Assembly: GCF_002113885.1 (NCBI RefSeq)
Contig: NW_018408365.1
Location: 13,782 to 77,781, forward strand
Reading direction: 5' to 3'
DNA: 64,000 nucleotides
Origin: Mizuhopecten yessoensis
Lineage: Eukaryota
In this document: piece by piece, positions 51,587-63,585 of the stretch
Numbering within the stretch: the stretch's first letter is position 1
Layout: every line of letters starts with the position of its first letter
The notes under the pieces: model-generated
Databases searched by the model: none
What the model saw: the letters and a program-made list of their open reading frames with translations, nothing else
Told to the model about the DNA's origin: nothing
Program-made: the position numbers and the translations under genes

Positions 51587-53962
51587 AATGAACGTACAAT
51601 ATGGTGCTCATAACAATAAAGGACGTACAATGTGGTGGTCAGAATTATAATGGATGTACATTGTTGGGGTCAGAATTATAATGAATGTACCATGTGGTGG
51701 TCAGAATAATAATGGATGTACAATATGGAGGTAAGAATTATAATAGATCTTCAATTTAGGGGTCAGAATTATAATAGATGTTCAATTTTGAGGTTAGAAT
51801 TATAATGGATGTTCAATTCTGAGGTCAGAATTATAATGGAAGTACAATGTGGTGGTCGGAATTATTATATATGTACAATGTGGTGGTCAGAAAAATAATG
51901 GATGTAAAATGTGGTGGTCAGAATTGTAATGGATGTTCAATTTTGTGGTTAGAATTATAATGGAAGTACAATGTGGCGATCGGAATTATTATATATGTAC
52001 AATGTGGTGGTCAGAAAAATAATGGATGTAAAATGTGGTGGTCAGAATAATAGTGGATGTACAATGTGGCGGTCGGAATACTAATGGATGTACAATGTGG
52101 TGGTCAGAATTGTAATGGATGTTCAATTTTGTGGTTAGAATTATAATGGAAGTACAATGTGGGGATCGGAATTATTATATATGTACAATGTGGTGGTCAG
52201 AAAAATAATGGATGTAAAATGTGGTGGTCAGAATAATAGTGGATGTACAATTTGGCGGTCAGAATAATAATGGATGTACAATATGATGGTAAGAATTATA
52301 ATAGATCTTCAATTTAGGGGTCAGAATTATAATAGATGTTCAATTTTGTGGTTAGAATTATAATGGAAGTACAATGTGGGGATCGGAATTATTATATATG
52401 TACAATGTGGTGGTCAGAAAAATAATGGATGTAAAATGTGGTGGTCAGAATAATAGTGGATGTACAATTTGGCGGTCAGAATAATAATGGATGTACAATA
52501 TGGTGGTAAGAATTATAATAGATCTTCAATTTAGTGGTCAGAATTATAATAGATGTTCAATTTTGAGGTTAGAATTATACTGGAAGTACAATGTGGTGAT
52601 CGGAATTATTATATATGTACAATGTGGTGGTCAGAAAAATAATGGATGTAAAATGTGGTGGTCAGAATTGTAATGGATGTTCAATTTTGTGGTCAGAACA
52701 ATAATGGAAGTACAATATGGTGGTCAGAATAATAACTGATGTACATTGTTGGGGTCAGAATAATAATGGATGTACAATGTGGTGGTCAGAACAATAATGG
52801 AAGTACAATATGGTGGTAAGAATTATAATAGATCTTCAATTTAGTGGTCAGAATTATAATAGATGTTCAATTTAGTGGTCAGAATTATAATGGATGCACA
52901 ATGTGGTGGTTAAAATAATAATGGATATATAATGTAAACGGTCATGATTATAATGAAAGTTCAATGTTGTGGTCAGAATTATAGTTCAAGTGCAATGTTG
53001 TGGGTCTGTGCATTGCAGAATTACAATTTCTCTCATATCCGGTCATGTAAGATAGCCATTATTGCTGGGTCTTTTTTACATGGACGTGACGTAACAATGG
53101 CTCAACAATGACGTGACGTCACGATTTTAGAAAACACCGATGCCGCAAAGCGGAAAAGGCATCGTGGTGAAATTTAAACCTATACTCTACGTTCAAATAA
53201 GATTTTGTCTGTTTAAGGGAAAAGGATATCATGGTGGATATTTGAGTTTGGAATTTGTATTTCTGTTGAATACAGACGGTTTCATCATACACAGAGACTG
53301 CTTTGTAATTACACGGTCATGTCTGTACAATTGATTGTGCTCAATTCTGATTAGTCGAATTCGCAATAATAAATAAATTGTTCCGTTTTATCTGAAACAG
53401 CTAATACGCGGCTGCGATACACACGCATAATTTGTGTACAAGAAGACAGACGTCAGATAAAACTTCATATCAATATGTAATTCGGATTCAAAAGACTCAA
53501 TGAACACCAAAAGAAACAATAATAAATTATTGAATTTCATACATAACGGCCGAAATGACACTTTGACAGGAAGACACTCGTTATAACTGTCAGTGATTGC
53601 TTGAGAGGTATGTCCAAATTGACCGTATCAAGAATGAATTATCTCGGCCGTTAGCCTTGATGAACTACAATTGTAAAACTTGACCTGGTCTGTATAGTTG
53701 AGAATAAATCGAAATCATAAGTAGAAAATTGTATAGTATATCACCCACTTTGACGCCACAAGCAACTATATGATAACGTCACAAAATTATGGTGATGCTA
53801 AACGGGTGGTGTTTAACATGTTGAGTATATGATAAAGAGACGGTCAAACCTATTCCCAATACGTCTGATTATTAGGAAACTCCCTAAATCTCGTTTGATA
53901 AAAACTCAAATGAGATTTTCCCTGTCTATTTCAGTTTCCCTATATATCAGCAACAGCCCCAA

Positions 53963-54458
53963 CCTGGCTTGGTGATTGTGACTAGTTTTCTGTTCGTGCT
54001 GGGCTGGCTTGGTGATTGTGGGTATATTTCTGTTGATGCTGGGCTGGCTTGGTGATTGTGGGTAGATTTCTGTTCGTGCTGGGCTGGCTTGGTGATTGTG
54101 GGTAGATTTCTGTTCGTGCTTGGCTGGCTAGGTGATTGTGGGTAGATTTCTGTTCGTGCTGCGCTGGCTAGGTGATTGTGGGTAGATTTCTGTTCGCCCT
54201 GGACTGGCTAGGTGATTGTGGGTAGATTTCTGTTCGTGGTGGGCTGGCTAGGTAATTGTGACTAGTTTTCTGTTCGTGCTGGGCTGGCTAGGTGATTGTG
54301 ACTAGTTTTCTGTTGATGCTGGGCTGGCTAGGTAATTGTGACTAGTTTTCTAATGATGCTGGGATGGCTAGGTGATTGCACAGTGTATATATTTCTGTTC
54401 GTGCTGGGCTGGCTTGGTGATTGTGACTAGTTTTCTGTTGATGTTTGGCTGGCTAGGG
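53963..54458. repeat. 40-bp minisatellite, ~12 copies
   Basis: Unit gggctggcttggtgattgtgggtagatttctgttcgtgct. Confidence 0.96.
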
Positions 54459-55090
54459 GATCTTCCTACTTTCCAGTTATGAGAAATCACTGCAATAAAA
54501 TGTGGTAAAAAGTGTCAATGTCGTCAGTTTGATCTTTCAGCATCGCGGACGACAATCGGTGGACTGGCTCGTCGTTAGGGACAGGCGCTTTATGCGCGAA
54601 CGAGGCGTGACGTATGTGCACGTCAACCCATGCAACTGACAGCATGTTCAGTCTCACTTGATTTACAGCCAGATCAATATCTCCACGCAGCATACGCCTA
54701 TAGGTGGCGTTGTATGTCCATGTACGCTTTATCTCAGAGTGGTACAGTAAAAATGCCCTTTTCTCCCATAACCGCTATAGGTACCATCACGTGGTTAAGT
54801 ACACCTTATAAACGTGTGAAATAACATCACGCGATGTGACGTCACACCGCTTTTGTATACCTTTTTTTGTTTTGTGAGAAACGGAATGAACAACTTGTAA
54901 TGATAAATTGTGGTTTATATCGTTTCTCGTGAGTTGATTCTTATACCTGTGATGTTGTATTAATTAGGATTTCTTGACATTATCAATGCCATCTTATCGG
55001 TTGACCTATCCATGTGTGTAGATGGACACACACAGCTGACTGCACCTTTAACATTTGGTAATTTGTATACAGTAACCCAAAACTGAATCT

Positions 55091-55140
55091 CACTGCATCA
55101 TACAGCTGTTTCGTCCTTCTACATGTAGGACTCATAATAG
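55091..55140 (-). ncRNA. Decayed minimal type I hammerhead ribozyme (Penelope-like or retrozyme relic)
   Basis: Minus strand reads ATTATGA-GTCCT-loop-AGGAC-GAAAC-AGCT-GTA. Stem II, GAAA, palindromic stem III and the GUA triplet are intact; the CUGAUGA box carries two substitutions. Confidence 0.65.
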
Positions 55141-55499
55141 TTGTCTTCGTCCTTCTAGGACTCTGAAAATAATTATGAGTCCTAGAAGGATAGGACGTAT
55201 GTCGTTTGGTAAGTAGACGTCATACTTACATAGGGTTCGCGTACAAACACTAACGTGAATGCTTTAAACTTAAAAAAAACATTCGAATGTCTGTCATATG
55301 AGTTCGAAGTTGGGCGGAAACGAAAATCCCGAGTTGTTTCCCATTTTATTTTTAATAAGTATTTGCAGGAAACGTTAACCATAAACTGTACGCTATTGCT
55401 CCAGTCTGTTAGAGTTTCAGAAAAGATATATGATAAATTAATGGTATAACAGATGATCATGCGTAAGCAGTAATATTTCACTGTAGTGGTATGTACATG

Positions 55500-58470
55500 T
55501 AAGTGTGACGTGGCTGGTATGTAAAGGTGACATGGTAGGCAAGTTTTTGGTAATAGGTGTATAAGTCTGACATTGCATAAACATTGCATATGACATGGTA
55601 TGTGTATGAGTTTGATGTTTTGTGTGACATGGTAGGTGTATGAGTTTGATGTTTTGTGTGACATGGTAGTCGTATGAGTTTGACGTTTTGTGTGACTTGG
55701 TAGGTGTATGGGTTTGACTTTTTAATGTTTTGTATGATATGGTAGGGGTACGAGTTTGAGGTTTTGTGTGACATGGTAACTGTATGAGTTTGACGCTTTG
55801 ACGTTTTGTGTTACCTGGTAGTCGTATGAGTTTGAGGTTTTGTGTGACATGGTAGGTGTATGAGTATGATGTTTTGTGTGACATGGTAGTCGTATGAGTT
55901 TGACGTTTTGTGTGACTTGGTAGGTGTATGAGTTTGATGTTTTTACGTTTTTTGTGACATGGTAGGAGTATGAGTTTGATGTTTTGTGTGACATGGTAGT
56001 CGTATGAGTTTGATGTTTTGTGTGACATCGTAGGTGTATGGGTTTGACTTTTTAGTGTTTTGTATGATATGGTAGGTGTACGAGTTTGAGGTTTTGTGTG
56101 TCATGGTAAATGTATGAGTTTGACGCTTTGACGTTTTGTGTTACCTGGTAGTCGTATGAGTTTGACGTTTTGTGTGACATGGTAGATGTATGAGTTTGAC
56201 GTTTTGTGTGACTTGGTAGGTGTATGAGTTTGATGTTTTTACGTTTTTTCTGACATGGTAGGTGTATGAGTTTGATGTTTTGTTTGACATGGTAGGTGTA
56301 TGAGTTTGATGTTTTGTGTGACATGGTAGGTGTATGAGTTTGATGTTTTGTGTGACATCGTAGGTGTTTGAGTTTGATGTTTTGTGTGACATGGTAGGTG
56401 TATGAGTTTGATGTTTTGTGTGATATGGTAGGTGTATGAGTTTGACGTTTTGTATGACATGGTAGGTGTATGAGTTTGACGTTTTGTATGACATGGTAAA
56501 TGTATGAGTTTGACGTTTTGTGTGACATGGTAGGTATATGGGTTTGACTTTTTAACGTTTTGTATGACATGGTAGGTGTATGAGTTTGAGGTTTTATGTG
56601 ACTTGTTAGGAGTATGAGTTTGACGTTTTGTGTGACTTGGTAGGTGTATGAGTTCGACGTTTTGTGTGACATTGTAGGTGTATGAGTTTGACGTTTTATG
56701 TGACATGGTAGGTGTATGAGTTTGACGTTTTGTGTGACTTGGAAGGGGTATGGGTTTGATGTTTTGACGTTTTTTGTGACATGGTAGGGGTATGAGTTTG
56801 AGGTTTTATGTGACTTGTTAGGAGTATGAGTTTGACGTTTTGGGTGGCTTGGTAGGTGTATGAGTTCGACGTTTTGTGTTACATTGTAGGTGTATGAGTT
56901 TGACGTTTTATGCGACATGGTAGGTGTATGAGTTTGGGGTTTTATGTGACTTGTTAGGAGTATGAGTTTGACGTTTTGGGTGGCTTGGTAGGTGTATGAG
57001 TTCGACGTTTTGTTTGACATTGTAGGTGTATGAGTTTGACGTTTTGTATGACATGGTAAATGTATGAGTTTGACGTTTTGTGTGGCTTGGTAGGTGTATG
57101 AGTTCGACGTTTTGTGTTACATTGTAGGTGTATGAGTTTGACGTTATATGTGACATGGTAGGTGTATGAGTTCGACGTTTTGTGTTACATTGTAGGTGTA
57201 TGAGTTTGACGTTATATGTGACATGGTAGGTGTATGAGTTTGATTTTGTGTGTGATATGGTAGGTGTATGAGTTTGACGTTTTGACGTTTTATGTGACAT
57301 TGTAGGTGTATGAGTTTGACGTTTTATGTGACATGGTAGGTGTATGAGTTTGCTGTTTTGTGTGACATGGTAGGGGCATGAGTTTGATGTTTTGTGTGAC
57401 TTGGTAGGTGTATTTTGTGTGACATGGTAGGTGTATGGGTTTGATTTTTTGTGTGATATGGTAGGGGTATGAGTTTGACGTTTTGTATGACATGGTAAAT
57501 GTATGAGTTGGACGTTTTGTGTGACATGGTAGGTGTATGAGTTCGACGTTTTGTTTGACATTGTAGGTGTATGAGTTTGACGTTATATGTGACATGGTAG
57601 GTGTATGAGTTTGGGGTTTTATGTGACTTGTTAGGAGTATGAGTTTGACGTTGTGTGTGACATGGTAGGTGTATGAGTTTGGGGTTTTATGTGACTTGTT
57701 AGGAGTATGAGTTTGACGTTGTGTGTGACATGGTAGGTGTATGAGTTTGGGGTTTTATGTGACTTGTTAGGAGTATGAGTTTGACGTTGTGTGTGACATG
57801 GTAGGTGTATGAGTTTGGGGTTTTATGTGACTTGTTAGGAGTATGAGTTTGACGTTGTGTGTGACATGGTAGGTGTATGAGTTTGACGTTTTGTGTGACA
57901 TGGTAGGTATATGGGTTTGACTTTTTAACGTTTTGTATGACATGGTTGGTGTATGAGTTTGAGGTTTTGTGTGACTTGGTAGGAGTATGAGTTTGACGTT
58001 TTGTGTGACTTGGTAGGTGTATGAGTTTGATGGTTTGACGTTTTATGTGATATTGTAGGTGTATGAGTTTGACGTTTTGACGTTTTGTGTGACATTGTAG
58101 GTGTATGAGTTTGAGGTTTTGTGGGACCTGGTAGGAGGATGAGTTTGACGTTTTGTGTGACTTGTTAGGTGTATGAGTTCGACGTTTTGTGTGACATTGG
58201 GTGTATGAGTTTGATGTTTTTACGTTTTTTGTGACATGGTAGGTGTATGAGTTTGATTTTTTGTGTGATATGGTAGGTGTATGAGTTTGAGGTTTTGTGT
58301 GACATGGTAGGTGTATGAGTTTGACGTTTTATGTGACATTGTAGGTGTATGAGTTTGACGTTTTATGTGACATGGTAGGTGTATGAGTTTGACGTTTTGA
58401 CGTTTTATGTGACATTGTAGGTGTATGAGTTTGACGTTTTATGTGACTTTGTAGGTGTATGAGTTTGACA
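55500..58470. repeat. 34-bp minisatellite with 41/42-bp variants, ~80 copies
   Basis: Unit gacatggtaggtgtatgagtttgacgttttgtgt. Confidence 0.98.
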
Positions 58471-61400
58471 GTTTATCCTATGATCATAAATACTAATAAT
58501 AACATGATTAATTTCCATATGAGACCTATCAGACCCTTCCGTCATATAATTTCGTAGTTTGACGGAAAATCCTGAGTTGTTTCCAATTTCATTCATAAGT
58601 ATTTTCTGGAAATGTTTACCACGAAACCCATTGTTTTTGAATAAAATGCTGTTCGTACGCTTGTTTCTGAAAATAACGACGACTCCAAAAAGATAAAGCT
58701 GTGAGATTGTAACTAACTCATAAATATCAAAACGCTTATTTTAAAGACACTGAGCATCTTGAAGAGTATCCCCATAAACTAATGAAAACCAATAGGATTT
58801 ACGTGTTCCTTAGTCTTACTTCAAATTTCTTATTCTTACTCTCATTCTTAACTTCTAATGCCAAAATTCTATTATCATAATTTGTTGACGTGACAACTAC
58901 ATAATATTGTCAATAACAAAGCAAATCGGAATCTGCAATATCGGGGGTTCTACTAAGAACAACCTCAGGACAAAAAAAAAGTGTTGTCAATCAGAATCTT
59001 TCAATCGGTTCAGTAAGAAGAAATGAGCACTTGGAACTCTGACACTGTTGGCTTTCCTCAATGTACACAACTGTGTGACGTGTACATATACGTTATAGAT
59101 GTTGTACATGTTCAGTCCTTAAATATGACGCAAACTGACTGGCATTTAATCAGATACATTATATATATATACAGAATTCGAATACCAGTCCATGGATTTG
59201 TGACGTCACAATCTGTCTTGTGGGTTTCAGTGTGATATTGATTGCAGTGTTAAAAGGTCATGTGTCCAATGGGGACAGACGTGTGAGTGTTCTCCGCTCG
59301 ATATAGCAACTCACGCGCTATGTATTCTCGTCCACGCGGGATCTTAAATGTTAGTATGGCCTAACAGTAATTTACAGCGACGCCCATTTTTTAAGATGTG
59401 ATTATTTAAATATCACTTGAGGTCTCATGGTAGGTTTGGTGGCTGCCTACGACAACAACCACGGTATAAACCGTTAGACAATAGGTTTCTTTGTATTTAG
59501 CCCCCCACTTTAATAAAAATGGTACTACCCGTTTTCATTCGTTTTATTTAAACCGTTGATTTCAACTTTATATTGTTAAAGTTTAATTTACTTAAACACA
59601 AATGTACTAACATATCGATATATTTCATTCATTTTGAAATACAGTGTTTCCTTATTCAATAACTTATGCTTTTACTTCATAACCAATGTTCCAATCCCTT
59701 TAGTCTAATTCTTCACAGTATATACCTCCATAAAACAATATAAGTCACTTCCCGAGGAACTAGTTTTCATTGTGTACAATAAATTGCCATTAAGGTTATC
59801 GTTAAAAATATTCTGGTTATGTTTTATGTTCCCAGCATTTAACTATGATGAACTAAAAGATATGAAGAAGGAACAAATGTCATCGCGATTCTAGTATGAA
59901 CGAAATATGTGAAATCTCTGCAAGAATCTGCTGCACTGACTTATACTGTACAGTTTGCAAATAATTTTCGTTGCTGTTTGAACAGAGTCTCCGCTCATTA
60001 TCTGGTCACTACCCGCCCAGCTATTGAATTGATATACACTGTATATACATAATGTTGAAAACTTTCGCAAAGACTAGCTAAATTACAATTTCTGCCCAAT
60101 AGCTGCATCGGAATCAATGTATTGAAAATACAATCAATGATCAATATGGCTGAAATAGTATTCTCAAATCGAAGATAATTGCTTTCGTTGCATTTTGAAA
60201 GATATAAAACACATTTAACTATAATCATTAGTAATATGTCTTAAATAAATAAATAAAACTATTGTTTGTGTATTTCAATTTCATATATGACAAATATTAC
60301 TTCCACACAATAAAATTAATACAGCTCCAAAGTCGGCGGATGAAGCTTGTGTTCGTATGTGTTGATACGGTGGAATACCTTGTGCCTAATCCCGTGGTCA
60401 GAGATTGACAATAAATAGGTTTAAATCAAAGGAAATTAAACATGTTTGTTTCTATGGTAAAACGTCTGTTCGGCACAACCGGAGCAACAATCAATGCTAA
60501 ACCCCGTCATCAGGCTTCAGACAGTAGGAAGTAACTTGCAAACGGTTTTAAAATTAAATTAATTTCTTCTTCGCTACTTATGTTTTATACATGTACCTCT
60601 GATCAATCCAAACATCAGTTTATGTGTTCTATTAGTTATGATAGTACTAAGTAAGTGTAAACGGACTCCACACAATAGCTTCTTTATTTTCTTTTTCGTT
60701 TCGGTTGCACTGCATAAATCAAGTCACTATGCGAAAGATATTGTGTTCAAATAGGAATACGTCGATATTTGAAGACATTTTAGTTTTTGCGTTTTTGCTA
60801 CAAATATTAATAACGAATAAAGGGTTATTTGCTATTTGGATATTAGAAGACGTGCAGTATCACCTTGTAGCAGTTTAATTATGATTGACAAATTCTCTCG
60901 AAAATTAACGCAAACGTCACGACAATCACCAGAAAATGCGTGCTATACCTATTTATAGTCATAGCCAAGTGTAAGAAGATAACATATTAAATTCTTAATG
61001 TAATTCTTACTTGCGGCATGTTTAATTACCCGTTCTGGCCTCTTTAATATGGGTGCTTTTCCTTCAATTGTACTGTTTCCGTTATGTGGCCTAGCTCTGT
61101 AACATCTATCTTTACAGATTTGTTTCATTTGTATTTTCTGTTATTTGACGATGGTGTTGACGTGTTGGATGAACTTCAGCCCCGTCCATATTTTATCTTT
61201 TGCAATAAACTAAAACCGTAGTTGCCAAGCCATATATTCGGCACTCTATTTACTGGAATAATACTATCACATTAGAAGATAAAACAATTTACGTTTAATT
61301 TTCACATAAATACAAATGTTCATATACTTGACCATAAAGTCCTCAACGACCTACTCTAGTTCTTCAAATAATACATAAATAAACCCGGAATGTATTAGAT

Positions 61401-62225
61401 ATACTATCTACAATGAACATCGCTATAATAAAGTGAAGAGCCACAAGACTGGACATAATCCGGATTACCGCTGTTACGGGCCGGTTTCTGTAGCATGTAC
61501 GTGTGTTTACCACTTGCCGTGTTCTAGTACAACATGTTGAGATTACCGCTGGGATATTCAAAAACCATTTTGAATTTGTAAGGGAATACTAAACAGATAC
61601 ATACTTTATCATCATAATCTAACGCCTGTTCTAGATTGTTGAGGGCCAACCACCACTTCCTGCGGTCCGACGCAATGTAAATTACAGTTTTACAGCATCA
61701 GGTTATTCACCGTACAACTCACAGTGCTTTCATATTAAATTCAAAATTGCATAAGTTGTGTACGGACCGCTGTTCTCTTATAGGAGCCATAAAACGGCTA
61801 ATGTTACAACAAGAGTTATATTAAAGCCCATTGATTACATCAGGCCGGCACCTGCATGAGGTAACTTCATATTTCTGCACAAATTCAATATCTAGGGAGA
61901 AGATTGGCTGTCGGAGAATGACCGGGTTCTCCAAGCCAGCTCGTGCCTGCTGCGCGAGCTTACCGCGCCACAAACTTGCACTTTGTGGACACGCTCATGA
62001 AGCTTTGGCATTTTTACTTTGGAGACGATAAATCGGGTCGTTTGAAGTGTGTCCCTTGTGAGGAGACGAGGAGAAAGCATGTTATTAGCCCCTCCCCTCC
62101 CCTCTCCCATTTGTCTTATCTTGCCGTTATTGCGTTTTTCTCTCCTCGTTTGATGGAAATGTTATTTTAGAAGGACGACACCTCCCTATAACCCTCCTGT
62201 GTCGTCTGTCGCCGCCCCGTCTCAC

Positions 62226-62357
62226 TGTAACCATGCCAACAAGCCCGCCTGTAGACGTCACCATCAAAAATGCTCCAAGTCTTCCACGTTTAGAGCCGAA
62301 AGATATCGCTATATCATCATATATTTGTTCATCCAGCTTGATCCAGTCTGCGATGAT
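62226..62357. other. Candidate coding exon, strand unresolved
   Basis: + strand: ATG 62233 MPTSPPVDVTIKNAPSLPRLEPKD..SAM|gtgaga at 62358. - strand: ..catcgcag|62347-62226 WIKLDEQIYDDIAISFGSKRGRLGAFLMV..VT|gtgaga. Lies in a CpG-rich region. Confidence 0.25.
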
Positions 62358-62602
62358 GTGAGATATATTAGAATTTGTTCAATTCATAAGATTAAAACTA
62401 ATAAGAAACCGTGTTCAAATTCCCAAATGACCAATGAGAGAAAGGGTTTCACCCACCAGGGACCAATGCGATTTCACCGTTGAATCAGCAAATAATCGCC
62501 ACGTCAAAATTGAAATTCACTGTTAAAATTTAAACGCAATGTACAGTGTAACGATGTAAAGAAGCACACTGAATCTAAGGTTTCAGTGATGCTGATCTTC
62601 CA

Positions 62603-63290
62603 TGTTATCACGGTCTTCGTGATAACACGAGCGGATATCTTTATCACACGTGCTGAGATCACGATTACAAGCGCGGATATCTAAAGTACACGTGCGGATA
62701 CATGTGCCATGATTACAAGTGCTGATATATAGATCACACGTGCGGATAACTAGAATACACCTGCGGCTACCATGATTACAAGTGCGAATATCTAGAGTAC
62801 ACGTGTGGAAACCATGATTACAACTGCGGACATCTTGATCACATGTGCGGACATCTAGATCACACGTACTGGGATAGGGCCTACTAAGTTGTGAGAACTT
62901 TTGCCCAATCTCTTTGACTATTCAGTGGCAGTAAAATAGGTTTGTATGAAAAACGCGTGCTAATATCCCGATCATATTTGTGCATATCAAGATAACAGAT
63001 CCGTGTTATCGAGATTACCCACGCTAACATTAGGGCTACACGTGTTGATATAGAGATTACATGTGCTGATATCGAGATCGCACGTGTGCATATCCAGACG
63101 CAAGTACTTGTTTTCGAGATCGCACATGCAAATATCGGGTTGCCGGTGCTGATATTGAGATAACAATATCTATAACAATATAACAATATAACAATAACAA
63201 TAACACGTGCCGATATCGGGATTGCACGTGCTGGTATCGAGATCACGCGTGCTGATATCAAGATCTCACATGCTGATATCGATATCACAC
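62603..63290. repeat. Two degenerate ~21-bp tandem arrays containing CACGTG/CACATG and GATATC
   Basis: gatcacacgtgcggatatcta-like units at 62615-62875 and gagatcgcacgtgctgatatc-like units at 62950-63290. Confidence 0.85.
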
Positions 63291-63585
63291 CCGACGTACA
63301 AAGTCGATTCGCGTCTCAGTTTAGCACTTCTCAGTTTGCCAGCTTCTTTCCAAAGTGAAAGATTGCCTCAGTGGCATTAGCTACCACTTCACTAGTGTTA
63401 CTAATGACTAGTGTCTACAGCCGCTGGTGAACACATTGACACCTGATAAGACAAGGACGCTGATAGGGTTTGATGGATTACACCTGACGTCACCGTCGGA
63501 CGAAACCGATACTACATGTACGTACAAGGTGATAGTAAACACTCACGAATTAAACTCTAACAACTCTGCCTACAGTGAACTAGTA

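Larger units (their letters stand above)
50180..53000. repeat. 31-bp minisatellite split by an insertion (array at 50180-50397 and 51587-53000)
   Basis: Unit tacaatgtggtggtcagaataataatggatg on both sides of a 1.19-kb unrelated segment. Confidence 0.95.

Noticed and set aside
55438-57595. Long His/Thr-rich ORFs (also 43856-44407, 20069-20680, 41121-42137, 62884-63288)
   Set aside because: Translations of minisatellites or low-complexity tracts; several cycle through all three frames.
63483-63512. Hammerhead-like ctgacgtc..gacgaaaccgata
   Set aside because: It lacks the GA of CUGANGA, stem III is mismatched and no stem I is evident.
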